Positions 1 through 10,028 of a stretch of DNA of 64,000 nt are shown one piece after another (the stretch's first letter is position 1; every line of letters starts with the position of its first letter). Under the pieces are notes generated by a model. The model searched no databases. It was given only the letters and a program-made list of their open reading frames with translations, and was not told the DNA's origin. The stretch is taken from positions 1,504,001 to 1,568,000 of the forward strand of contig CAWBWI010000001.1 of NCBI GenBank assembly GCA_963792585.1, read 5' to 3'. The position numbers and the translations under genes are program-made. The DNA is from Candidatus Eiseniibacteriota bacterium (GTDB lineage: Bacteria; Eisenbacteria; RBG-16-71-46; CAIMUX01; VGJL01).

Positions 1-195
1 CGACAACCGCAGGATCTTCGCCGTGTGGATCCGGCTGTTCGCGCCGAAGCCGATCGTGCCCCGAAGGACGGTGGCGCCCGCCATCCCCCGCCTTCTCGCC
101 TCCTCGACGATCACTTCGTCGAGGGGACGCCCCCGATACCGGTCGCTCTCCCCGACGAAGATCCTCAACAGCTCCGCTTCCGAAGGCAGCTTCAT
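1..195 (-). CDS. DUF190 domain (PII-like) protein, truncated at the window edge
   Basis: Manual translation from ATG 195: MKLPSEAELLRIFVGESDRYRGRPLDEVIVEEARRRGMAGATVLRGTIGFGANSRIHTAKILRLS. GGAGGGG RBS; usual neighbour of fluC. Confidence 0.9.
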   Translation of the reverse strand, partial: MKLPSEAELLRIFVGESDRYRGRPLDEVIVEEARRRGMAGATVLRGTIGFGANSRIHTAKILRLS

Positions 196-210
196 CGCGT
201 CCCCTCCATC

Positions 211-588
211 CTACAGATTCCGCCCGACGGCGGCGCCCGCGAAGAGCAGGGCCAGTCCGAGGCCGTTCTGGAGGCTCACGTTGGCAATCGCGCGCCACCA
301 CTGTCCGTCCCGCAACATCTGGACCGTTTCGAATGCGAAGGAGGAGAAGGTGGTGAACGCGCCGAAGAACCCGATCAGGACGATCACCCGCGCGTCGCCG
401 CGCAGCAGGGACCGCTCGGCGGCGAGGGCCCAGACGATTCCGAAGGCGAAGCAGCCCGCGGCGTTCACGGCGAGAGTCCCCCACGGGAATCCGGTTCCGG
501 CGTGCCTCTGGACCCATCCTCCAAGGCCGTAACGCGCCAGCGTCCCGATTGCGCCGAGCGCCGCAAGTCCAAGTAGCTTGCTTCCCAC
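211..588 (-). CDS. crcB: Fluoride efflux channel FluC/CrcB
   Basis: GTLARY, FPWGTLAVN and GFFGAFTTFSSF motifs. GTG start at 588 behind AAGGAG (the ORF track extends into the riboswitch). Confidence 0.95.
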   Translation of the reverse strand: MGSKLLGLAALGAIGTLARYGLGGWVQRHAGTGFPWGTLAVNAAGCFAFGIVWALAAERSLLRGDARVIVLIGFFGAFTTFSSFAFETVQMLRDGQWWRAIANVSLQNGLGLALLFAGAAVGRNL

Positions 589-607
589 ACGCGACTCCTT
601 CCGCTTC

Positions 608-654
608 GTAGGAGTCATCAGCCCGGAAGGGCGGTTGTGGCGGACTCCATCACC
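608..654 (-). ncRNA. Fluoride (crcB) riboswitch aptamer
   Basis: Minus strand reads GGTGATGGAGTCCGCC-ACAACCGCCCTTCCGG-GCTGATGACTCCTAC, matching the fluoride riboswitch consensus; directly upstream of crcB. Confidence 0.93.
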
Positions 655-665
655 AACTGGTTGCG

Positions 666-696
666 GCGAAGCCCCCGCGGCGCGCGGAGGCTTCGC
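666..696. terminator. GC-rich stem-loop downstream of hutH
   Basis: GCGAAGCC-C-CCGCG / CGCGG-A-GGCTTCGC inverted repeat just after the hutH stop; no clear U tract. Confidence 0.4.
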
Positions 697-714
697 ATCC
701 AGCCAACGTTCGAG

Positions 715-2253
715 CTACACCAGGTTCCCGACCGCCTTCTCCACGGCGGCGAGGATCTCTCCCGACTCGACGAGCGCGGCCATCCGGTTGTTGTCGTCGT
801 AGAGCGGGCGGTCTTCCTCGAGGAACGCTGACGTGCTTGCGGATCACCTCGTAGGCGGCCTCGGCTCCCTTGCCGGCCTTCAGCGGACGGCGGAAGTCCA
901 TCGCCTGCGCGGCGGCCATCATCTCGATCCCGAGGACGGCATGTGCGTTCTTCAGAATCTGCTTCGATTTCAGCGCCGTCGTCATCCCCATCGAGACGAA
1001 GTCCTCTTGATCGGCCGCTGCGGGGATCGAGCCCGTCGCCGCCGGGATGCGAGAGGATCCGGTTCTCGCAGCAGAGCGCGCCCGCCGTGTACTGCGCGAG
1101 CATCAGGCCGGAGAACATCCCGGCCCCCTTCGTCAGGAAGGCGGGCAGACCGCAGCTCAGATTGCGGTTCAGCAGCCGGTTCAGGCGCCGCTCGGAGAGG
1201 ACGGCCACGGTCGTGACCGCCGTGCCGAGCATCTCGAGCCCGAAGGCCATCGGCGTACCCTGGAAGTTCGCGCCGGTCAGATAGGTGCCGCCATCGTCGT
1301 CGGGGAAGAAGATCGGGTTGTCGCCCACACCGTTGAGCTCGATCTCGATCTGCGAGCGGGTGTACTTGAGGGCGTCGCGCGCGGCGCCCGCGACCTGCGG
1401 GGAGCTGCGCAGGGAGTAGGCGTCCTGCACCTTCTTGCCCTTCTGCTTGCAGCATCTCGCTCCCCTCGGTGATCATGCGGACGTTCGCCGCAACCTCCTG
1501 CGCGCCGGGGAATCCGCGGACCTTGTGGATCCGCTCGTCGTAGGCGGCCATGTTCGCGTTGACGACCTCGAGGGTCATCGCGACGGCGATGTCGTGGTGC
1601 CGGAGCCACTGCGAGCGCGTCGACGACCTGCAGCGCGCCCATCCCGGTGATGCAGTTGCTTCCGTTGATCGACGCGAGACCGTCACGCGCCTCGAACGCG
1701 CTGCACCGGGATCCCGGCCTTCTCCAGCGCGACCTGCGAGCGTCCATCCGCTCGCCCTTGTAGAACGCCTCGCCCTCGCCGATCAAGACGAGGGCGATCT
1801 GCGACATCGGCGAGAGATCGCCGCACGCGCCGACCGATCCCTTCTCGCACATGACCGGGCGTCACGCCGCGGTTGAGCATCTCGCGCATCGTCTCGACCA
1901 GGATCGGGCGGATGCCGGAGTGGCCCTGGCTCAGGACCGACATCCGCGAGAGGATCGCAGAGCGCGCATCGGAGATCTGCGAGGGGATCGCCGATTCCGG
2001 CCGCGTGGCTGTAGACGATGTATTTCTGAAATTGCTCCGTTTGCTCGGGCGTGAGGATCGTCTCCGACAGCTCGCCGATGCCGGTCGTGATGCCGTACAT
2101 CACGGCCCGCTCGCGGACTTTGCGCTCGACGAACTCGCGGCAGTGCGCGATCCGGTCCAGGGCAGCCTCGGTCAGCTCGACCGGTTCGCCCTGCCTCGCA
2201 ACGCGGTGGACATCCTCACAACTCAGCCGACCCTCACCGATGCGAACGCTCAT
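715..2253 (-). CDS. hutH: Histidine ammonia-lyase (MIO-dependent lyase), several apparent frameshifts
   Basis: Consecutive fragments in different frames: YGITTGIG, YSHAAG, GSVGACGDLSP, QDAYSLRS, DNP, GANFQG, QYTA, EDFVSMG. Span is about 512 codons; GAGGAGG RBS. Confidence 0.85.
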
Positions 2254-2323
2254 CGCATCCTCCTCTTCCCCCGGGCGCCGGGAGCGCCCAACCCACCCCA
2301 CACCGTGAGGCTCCAGAAAGGAG

Positions 2324-2352
2324 AGGATACTCCCCCCCGCACGGAGGGTCAA
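2324..2352 (-). promoter_or_regulatory. sigma70-type promoter of hutH
   Basis: TTGACC-N17-TATCCT about 70 nt upstream of the ATG. Confidence 0.55.
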
Positions 2353-2398
2353 ACGGGCGTCGGAGGGGATAAACCCCCGAATCAGCGAGGTTTGCGGG

Positions 2399-3898
2399 CT
2401 ACCTGATGAGGCAGATCGGCCTCACGGCGCCCCCGCCCGGCCCTTCGATGCGCAGGAAGTAGGTCCCGCTGGGCAGGCTTCGCCGATCCGATCCGCGAAG
2501 TGACAACGCCATCGACTGCGGACCGACAGGTTGGTCGGCATCGAGGAGCGTTCGGACACTCCTGCCCGCAGCATCGATGAGGGTCAGGCGGACGCGCCCT
2601 GCGCGCGCCACGTCGAACCGGCAGCTCACGCGATCCATCGTCGGATTCGGTGCGACTTCGAGATCCGCCGCGCCGCGACCCATGGGGTTTTCCGCGACAT
2701 CCGCCGCGGGGCAGCCGACGCGAAGAGCGCCGATCCAGACTCCACACGGATTGAGGTCGGGAAACGCCGGGGACATGCGTCCAACCGAAAAGGTCCCCGC
2801 GGAGGTCGGGGCCTCCGTGCAGGACGCGGGAGCGCAGAGCAGAGGATCGGCTGCGAGGTTGTTCCCGAGGTCGTGAAGGACACCGCCGTTCGCCGCGACT
2901 CCGGACGGATCGACGATGCAGCAGCCATAGGAGATCGACCCGCCAGGGCCGGCGTTGATGTCATCCCCCACCGCCGCGGCGCAGTTGTCCCACAGAATCG
3001 TGTTCCGGATGATGGACGCCCCGTCGAAGGCAAAGACACCGCCCCCGTCACCATCGGCCGCGCTGTTCGCGACGACCGTGCACCCGTCGATGGTCGTGGT
3101 CGTCGACTGGCAGAAGATTCCGCCGCCGCGTCCGGCGCGATTCCCGGTCACGACACAGTTCCGGGCGACCGCCCCGCCCGCCAGCAGGAGTCCGCCCCCC
3201 GCAGGATTTCCCCCGATTCCGCCGGCGGCCTCATTCCCCGAGATCATACAGTCCACGATCAGGGGTGCCCCGAGCGCTCCCGAATCGATTCCACCACCGT
3301 AGTTCGCCACGTTGCCGGTCACCGTGCATCGCATGATCGTCACCGGCAGCTCCCCGCGGCACGCGATCCCGCCCCCGTAGCTCGCGAAGTTGCGGAGGAT
3401 CGTGCAGTCCTCGATCCGTGCGTTCGACGTCCGGCAACAAATCCCTCCGCCGTCGGAGCCGAACTCGGCGACCGTGCAATCACGCACAACGCAGGCTCGG
3501 ATCGTCGGGGACGAGAACTCGCACTCGATCCCGCCGCCGTTCATCGGCCCCCCGACGTACCCGTTCTCGATCGTGAAGCCCTCGAGGACCGCCGCGTTCG
3601 TCTCCCCCGATCGGAAGAAGAAACCCCGATGCGCTGCGATCGCGGATCCTTGGCAGTTCACGATCGTCGATGCGGCGCCGTGCTCGGATCGGACGACGAT
3701 GCTCTTGCCGAGAAAATCGACATCCCTGTTGCCCGCCCCCGTGTAGGTTCCGTCCGCCACGAGGACGGTGTCGCCCGCGGCCGCGGCGTTGATTCCGCTC
3801 TGGATGGTCGGGTACTGGGACGGCACGCGGCGCGATACCGCGGATACCGGGGCGGCCGCCACGAGGGAAAGAACGATCAGGCACGCGCGTCGCAACAT
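2399..3898 (-). CDS. Secreted right-handed beta-helix protein with FlgD-Ig/T9SS-like C-terminal domain
   Basis: Signal peptide MLRRACLIVLSLVAAAPVSA; YPTIQSGINAA..GDTVLVADGTY; GGGI/GN repeats; C-terminal APNP..DAAGRSV..LPSGTYF. Confidence 0.8.
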   Translation of the reverse strand: MLRRACLIVLSLVAAAPVSAVSRRVPSQYPTIQSGINAAAAGDTVLVADGTYTGAGNRDVDFLGKSIVVRSEHGAASTIVNCQGSAIAAHRGFFFRSGETNAAVLEGFTIENGYVGGPMNGGGIECEFSSPTIRACVVRDCTVAEFGSDGGGICCRTSNARIEDCTILRNFASYGGGIACRGELPVTIMRCTVTGNVANYGGGIDSGALGAPLIVDCMISGNEAAGGIGGNPAGGGLLLAGGAVARNCVVTGNRAGRGGGIFCQSTTTTIDGCTVVANSAADGDGGGVFAFDGASIIRNTILWDNCAAAVGDDINAGPGGSISYGCCIVDPSGVAANGGVLHDLGNNLAADPLLCAPASCTEAPTSAGTFSVGRMSPAFPDLNPCGVWIGALRVGCPAADVAENPMGRGAADLEVAPNPTMDRVSCRFDVARAGRVRLTLIDAAGRSVRTLLDADQPVGPQSMALSLRGSDRRSLPSGTYFLRIEGPGGGAVRPICLIR

Positions 3899-3918
3899 GG
3901 TCGCGTCCTCCGGCCCTG

Positions 3919-5310
3919 TCAGCCGATTCGCACGACCCGGATGGTCGAGCGGGACCCATCCGGGCGCACGATGTAGATTCCCGACGGCATCAAACGCCCC
4001 GATTCGTCGCGTCCGTCCCAAACGAACCGCCCGCCTCCTGCGTCGAGGGTGCGGATGAGGCGACCCGTCAGGTCGAAGACCCCGGCGTGCGAGCCATCCC
4101 CGGCGATGAAGACGCGGCCGGCGAACGGATTCGGCGCCGCCCCCGGCGACCGCGCCGCGATCGGGGGCTCACCGGCGTCGGCGGGAACATGCCGCGCGAT
4201 CCGCTTCTTGTAGATCACGCCATTGAAGTTCGGCAGGAATCCGACGCACCAGACATCCGTCGAATCCACGGAAACATCTTGGGTGTCGATCGCCGACATT
4301 TCGGCGCCGGTGTCGGCATCGAGCGTCCAGCTGACTCCGGCGTCGGTCGTCAGCCAGATTCCGCCGCCCGCGTTACCGAAGCGCGTTCCGCCCGCGGCGA
4401 AGCCGAACTGATCATCGAAGAACTTCACGATCCGAATCGGATAGCTCGGCTGCGTGAGGCGCCCGCTCCACGTGAGCCCCCCGTCGGTCGTCTTGTGGAC
4501 CCATCCCATGATCGGTGAGGAGATCTGCCCCCCGCCCGTCCAACCGTGCAGCGCATCGGAGAAGCTGACGCCGCCGTCGAACACGGAATCCGCCGAGCCG
4601 CGCCGCGACCATGTGACCCCGAAGTCGGTGGAGCCGCAGAGACTGATTCCCGTCAACCATGCTCGGCCATCCGGGTGAAAGTCGAAGTTACCCGCGAACC
4701 ACCCGGCGGTGGGGTCGGCCTGGATCCTCGTCCAATCAGTGGCCGCACGCCCCCCGTTCTGCGTGACATAGACATATCCCTGATATCCATAGGCGATGCC
4801 GTGGCTGTCGTCCGCAAATCGGATGTTCAGGAGCCAGTTGGCGGGATCGAGGACGATGTCCGCCGTCCATGTGGCCCCCCCATCGAACGTCCAGCGGATG
4901 ATCCCCGCGCCTGTTTGGTTCTGGAATCCGGCGACCACAGCCGTCAGGGGAGAGAAGGCCTGCACACCGTACCAGTAGTAGGGAAATCCGACGTTCATGA
5001 CCGTCGTCCAGGCTTGACCGCCGTTGGTCGTCCGGTAGACGCCTCCAAGCTCCGCGCAGGCGTAACCGTGGAGGGGGTCGGCGAACGAGACGCCCATGAG
5101 AACCTTGTTCACCGTCTGCTGGAGATGCCAACCGGCCCGCTGATCGCCCGCCGGGTACGACGGAGAGGTTGCGTCGACGAGGGTGGCCGGGATCCTCGCG
5201 ACACATGCATCTCCAGTGCCGATGTCCCGCTGCTCCGGGATGGGAGACGCGGTGACGACTGCTGCTTGGAGGGCAAGGGCCAGAGCGATAGCGGGCAGGG
5301 GGCGGCGCAT
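3919..5310 (-). CDS. Secreted YCF48/BNR-repeat beta-propeller protein with FlgD-Ig C-terminal domain
   Basis: Signal peptide; repeated T.DGG.TW Asp-box motifs; C-terminal PNPF..FDLTGRLI..WDGRDESGR.MPSGIY. Confidence 0.8.
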   Translation of the reverse strand: MRRPLPAIALALALQAAVVTASPIPEQRDIGTGDACVARIPATLVDATSPSYPAGDQRAGWHLQQTVNKVLMGVSFADPLHGYACAELGGVYRTTNGGQAWTTVMNVGFPYYWYGVQAFSPLTAVVAGFQNQTGAGIIRWTFDGGATWTADIVLDPANWLLNIRFADDSHGIAYGYQGYVYVTQNGGRAATDWTRIQADPTAGWFAGNFDFHPDGRAWLTGISLCGSTDFGVTWSRRGSADSVFDGGVSFSDALHGWTGGGQISSPIMGWVHKTTDGGLTWSGRLTQPSYPIRIVKFFDDQFGFAAGGTRFGNAGGGIWLTTDAGVSWTLDADTGAEMSAIDTQDVSVDSTDVWCVGFLPNFNGVIYKKRIARHVPADAGEPPIAARSPGAAPNPFAGRVFIAGDGSHAGVFDLTGRLIRTLDAGGGRFVWDGRDESGRLMPSGIYIVRPDGSRSTIRVVRIG

Positions 5311-5345
5311 CCATCCTCCTCGGTCGGCGCACAGCGCGCCCGACG

Positions 5346-5375
5346 AGGATAGTCCTCATGATGGGCTTACGTCAA
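5346..5375 (-). promoter_or_regulatory. sigma70-type promoter for the two secreted-protein genes
   Basis: TTGACG-N18-TATCCT, followed by a GAGGAGG RBS. Confidence 0.5.
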
Positions 5376-5470
5376 CGCGACGCGGCGACACGCAGGGGCG
5401 CGCAAGGGACGGCGAAGGGAGCACGCGTGAAGTGGATGCCGGCCGACGCAGGAGCGCCGGCCCGTGACTT

Positions 5471-6505
5471 TCAGGGGCCGTCGGTTCCGTTTGCGAGGGA
5501 GCGGTCGACAGAGCCGATGGACGGGCGATCGGCTGCGTAGAGGGGATTCTCGAACAGATCCTCGGAAGCCACGGCAGATTCGAGTGCCGAGGATACGCTC
5601 GGCGCCCGCCCGTCGCGCGAGGGAACGATGATGCCGATTCCCACATGGAGCCCCGATGGCAGGGCCTCGGGCCGCGGCGCGCCCCCTCCGGATTCCCACT
5701 CCCGGCGCAGCTTGCGCACGAAGCCGACGGTTCCGGCCCGGCCTTCGGTGTGCAGAACGACGACCGCTTCGGCCGCGCCCCAGAGCGTCAGTAGATCCTC
5801 GGGACGGGTGAGGCGTTCGAGTTCGTGATGGAGCCGTTCGACCGATTCGGGAGCGGATGCTGGATCCCAGCGGACTCTGACGACCCCCAAGGAGGCCCCG
5901 AAGCGGACGACATCGCCGCAGGCCTCCGCGAGCCGGGCACGGAACGAATCCTCCGGGAGAATCCGGCTTCGGGCGGCGCGCAGCAGCGTGTCGAGCTCGA
6001 CGTCCTTCGGGTACGCGCGTCGGAGTCCGCCGCACCGCCGACTCGCCCCGCGGATCCGCTCGATCACCTCACGGACCTGGAAGGGTTTTGCGATGAAGTC
6101 GGTCCCGCCGAAGGAGAGCCCCCGCGTGCGCTCAGCGGGGTCGAAGAGGGCGGAGAGGAAGAGGACCGGTTGATCGAAGGCGCACGCCCTGAGGGACCGG
6201 CACACCTCGAACCCACTGATCCTGGCAAGGGATACGTCGAGGACGATCAGGTCCGGTCTCTCCCGCAGGACAAGTGTCAGCGCGTCGATCCCGTCCTCGG
6301 CGATCACGACGTCGAATTCTTCGCGAAGGGCCTTGTGAAGCACGGTACGAATGAAGGGGTCATCGTCGGCGAGGAGAATCTTGGGGCGTGGCGAACCACA
6401 AAGTGGGGCGCCGTCCGTCGGAACGTTCTCAGGAAGGGGGGTTGCCTCCCCCCGTGGAGTTCCCCCAAGGGGATCTCCCGCCTGTGTCGCGCGTAGCTGG
6501 AACAC
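5471..6505 (-). CDS. Response regulator: receiver domain plus degenerate GGDEF-like domain
   Basis: Intact receiver (ILLADDD, PDLIVLD, KPF); C-terminal RPED-x5-GAAEA. Start codon uncertain. Confidence 0.75.
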   Translation of the reverse strand: MFQLRATQAGDPLGGTPRGEATPLPENVPTDGAPLCGSPRPKILLADDDPFIRTVLHKALREEFDVVIAEDGIDALTLVLRERPDLIVLDVSLARISGFEVCRSLRACAFDQPVLFLSALFDPAERTRGLSFGGTDFIAKPFQVREVIERIRGASRRCGGLRRAYPKDVELDTLLRAARSRILPEDSFRARLAEACGDVVRFGASLGVVRVRWDPASAPESVERLHHELERLTRPEDLLTLWGAAEAVVVLHTEGRAGTVGFVRKLRREWESGGGAPRPEALPSGLHVGIGIIVPSRDGRAPSVSSALESAVASEDLFENPLYAADRPSIGSVDRSLANGTDGP

Positions 6506-6648
6506 GTTCCGGATTCCCTCCCGAATGCGGCACCTTCTGGCTCAAGTTCTATCGGCCGATCGGGCCGAATCCTGCAGTGCTAGATGTGCCCTGCCTTCCA
6601 GGTCGGGGAAACCGGTACAATATAGGAGGACGCCGCCAAGGGAGATCA

Positions 6649-7855
6649 ATGGAACAACGCTACTTCCGCAAAGGCCTGGGAAGGCGGGAAGAGATCTTGC
6701 CGGTCCTGGAGCAGGACTACCGGAGCGGGATCGTCGAGTGGTTCCACGCGAACGGTCACCGACTCACCTACGGGGAGACTACCCTCATCCTCGCGCGCGA
6801 GTTCGGCTTCTGCTATGGAGTCGACCGGGCGGTCGAGTACGCGTACGAGTCGCGCAAGCAGTTCCCCGACCGGAGGATCTTCATCACCGGCGAGATCATC
6901 CACAATCCTTGGGTCAACGGTCGCCTCCAGGAGATCGGAATCGAGCGACTCCCCCGGCCCGGCACCGAGGAGGACCGTCTAGGGACCCTCACCCAGGAGG
7001 ACGTCGTCCTGATCCCGGCGTTCGGAATCGAACAGCCCGACCTCGCCCGCCTCCGGGAGATCGGCTCGATCCTGGTGGATACGACCTGCGGGTCGGTCCT
7101 CAACGTCTGGAAGAGCGTGGCGCGCTATGCGCGGACGGGCTTTACCGCGATCGTCCACGGAAAGGTCGACCACGAGGAGACCCGCGCGACCTGTTCGCAG
7201 GTGGTCGGGGAGGGGGGCGCCTATCTCGTCGTCAGAGATGTCGAGCAGGCTCGGGTCGTTTGCGATTTCATCAGGGACGAGGAACCGCGACAGGTTCGTC
7301 GCGGAGTTCGCGGGCTGCGTCTCCCCCGGCTTCGATCCCGACCGAGATCTCGAGCGGATCGGGCTCGCCAACCAGACGACGATGCTCTCCTCGGAGTCGC
7401 TCGCGATCTCCGACGACCCTGCGACGGAGCATCCTCGCCCGCTACGGCGAGGAGAACGTCGCCGAGCACTTCTCGAGCTTCCAGACGATCTGCAGCGCGA
7501 CCCAGGACCGACAGGACGCTGTCGACGAGATGCTCGAGCAGGGAATCGACCTCATGGTCGTGATCGGCGGCTTCAACTCGAGCAACACGACCCACCTCGT
7601 CGAGATCGCGAGCGGACGGGTTCCGACCTTCCACATCGAAGGCGCGGGCGACATCGTCTCGGACCCGCTGGATCCGCCACAAACCACTCGGAGGATCCGG
7701 ATCCGATCGTCGAGGGCGGCTGGCTGCCCGCAGGCGACAGTCAGTGATCGGCGTCACGGCGGGCGCGTCGACGCCGAACAGCGAGATCGGCCGGACGATC
7801 CTCAAGATCCTCCGGTTCCGCGGAGTTCCCGATTCGTTCCTGTCGGATCTCGTAA
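6649..7855 (+). CDS. ispH: 4-hydroxy-3-methylbut-2-enyl diphosphate reductase (frameshifted)
   Basis: [52 protein letters not shown] across several frames; 3' end approximate. Confidence 0.9.
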
Positions 7856-7899
7856 TCTGCGGGACCGTCGACCGAGGGGTCGCGGTGAGCAGGGTCGCC

Positions 7900-9821
7900 A
7901 TGAAGAGCGCCATCGGCTGGATCGCGCTCCTGACCTGCTTCGCCTCTCCGGTGCGCGGATCGATACCCCGCCCCGAGGTTTCGGGCCGAATCGGCAAGTC
8001 CGCGTGGACGCCCCCGCGCCTGCGCGCGAGCGTGATGATCGCGGATTCGACTGCCTCGATCTGCGCCTCGAGATCGGGCTCGACTTCGACACGGAGACGA
8101 TCCGGGCGAGCGCCCATCACCGGGTGGAGGCGACCCGAGCGCTGCAGGAGCTCGTTCTCGATCTCGTCGATTCGCTCACGGTCGACGGCGTCTGGCGCGG
8201 CGCGACGCCGGTCCCCTTCACACACGCGGGACGCACCCTGCGTTTCGCATTGAACCCTCCGCTGGCGCCCGGCGAGCAGTCGCTCGTCGGCATCGCCTAC
8301 GACGGGCATCCCCCCCACGACGGGCTCCTCGGACTCGCTTTCCACGTCGCGACGGCATCCCGGCCGTCTACACGGTGAGCGAGCCCTCATCCGCCTCGGC
8401 ATGGTGGCCTTGCAAGGACATGCCCGACGACAAGATGACCGCCACCATGGTCATCGACGTGCCCGACACGCTCTACGCGGGCTCCAACGGCCGCCTCGTC
8501 GCGGACATAGCGCCGATGGGCGTCGCCGGATGACGTGGCGCGAGACCTATCCGATCGCCCCCTATCTGATCAGCATCGCCTGCACGAACTACGATCCTTC
8601 GAGGGAACACACACCGGGCAGGACGGGCGGATCCTCCCGCTCCTCTACCTCGCCTACCCCGAGCACCTCGCCGACGCGCAGAGCTCCTGGGCGCGCACGG
8701 CCGAGATGATCGCCGCCTTGGAGGATCGATTCGGCCCCTACCCGTTCGACGGCGAGAAGTACGGTATGGCCGAGTTCTCCTGGGGCGGCGGGATGGAGCA
8801 TCAGACATTGACGTCGATGGGCGAGTACTACGTCGACGGAACGGATGCGAACGACTGGGTGGTCGCGCACGAGTTGGCCCACCGTGGTGGGGCGACATGG
8901 TGACCCCGCCTCGTGGGATCACATCTGGCTGAACGAGGGGTTCGCCCGCTACGCAGAGGCGCTCTGGTTCGAGTCCCGGTGGCGGAATCGAAGCCTACCG
9001 GGAGTGGATGCGGGCGATGTGGCGTCCGAGTTTCCCCGGCGCGATCGTCCCGCCCGATTACATCTTCAACGCGACGGTCTACCTCAAGGGCGCGTGGGTC
9101 CTGCATATGCTCCGCGGCGTGGTGGGACCGGAGATCTTCTTCGCTGCGCTCCGCACCTATGCGGAGGTCACGCCCACTCGAACGCGACGACCGAGGATCT
9201 GATCGCGGCGCTTCGAGGAGGTCGCCGGGCGGGATCTGCGTTGGTTCTTCGATCAGTGGGTCTACGGCACGGGCCGTCCCGCCTATTTCACGAGCTACGA
9301 AGTCGAGCCGGGCCCCGACGGAGCGATCCTGAATCTGACCATCTCCCAGGCCCAGGATGAGCCTCCGTTTCGCATGCCGCTCGAGTTCGGAATCACCGAT
9401 GCGCTCGGCAGCTACCGCGTCACCGTCCAGGATAGCCTGAGGATTCAGTCGTTCCGCATTCCCGTGCGGCTGGCTCCCCAAATCGTTGACATCGATCCGG
9501 ACGATTGGGTCCTCAAGGACTCGATCGGCGGATCGGGGGCGCCCGACGCATCGGGAGAGCTCGTCGCGGACGGCCATGGCCTGGCCTTCACCAGGCAGTC
9601 CCCCTTACCGGATCTCCATCGGCCCCGGGTCCGAGTCCCGCGCAATCGGCATCTACGACGCGGCGGGCAGACGCGTGGCGTCCGTGGCCCCGTGCGGGGA
9701 GCCGATCGCCGTGTGGGATGGCCGGGATGACCTCGGACGCGAGCTTCCCTCGGGCCTGTATCTGGCCCGTGCGGTCGGTGTCGCCGGCAGCCGGGCCTGC
9801 CGCGTATGGGTAGCCCGATAG
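7900..9821 (+). CDS. Secreted M1-family zinc aminopeptidase with FlgD-Ig C-terminal domain (frameshifted)
   Basis: Signal peptide MKSAIGWIALL; GGMEHQ; HELAH..W...NEGFA; Y.KGAWVLHMLR; C-terminal IYDAAGRRV..WDGRDD.GR.LPSGLY. Confidence 0.85.
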
Positions 9822-9894
9822 GCGTCTGGCCGGGAACCCCGGATCGTCGTCGGTAGGGCGCCGGTCCGGTTGCGTATGGCCGTCAAGATGTGTA

Positions 9895-9917
9895 ACTTGT
9901 TGGATTAGTTCACAAGT
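9895..9917. promoter_or_regulatory. Palindromic operator upstream of nfnAB (Rex-like)
   Basis: ACTTGT-N11-ACAAGT with a perfect TTCACAA Rex half-site. Confidence 0.4.
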
Positions 9918-10028
9918 GCGTTCGCCTACCCTCATGATGGGCCGCCGGTGGGAGTCGGCGCATCGGGCCGATAGGCGGGTTGGGCGGGGACGAGGGCGGT
10001 TCACATTTCCGCGAGGAGACCGGCCAGC

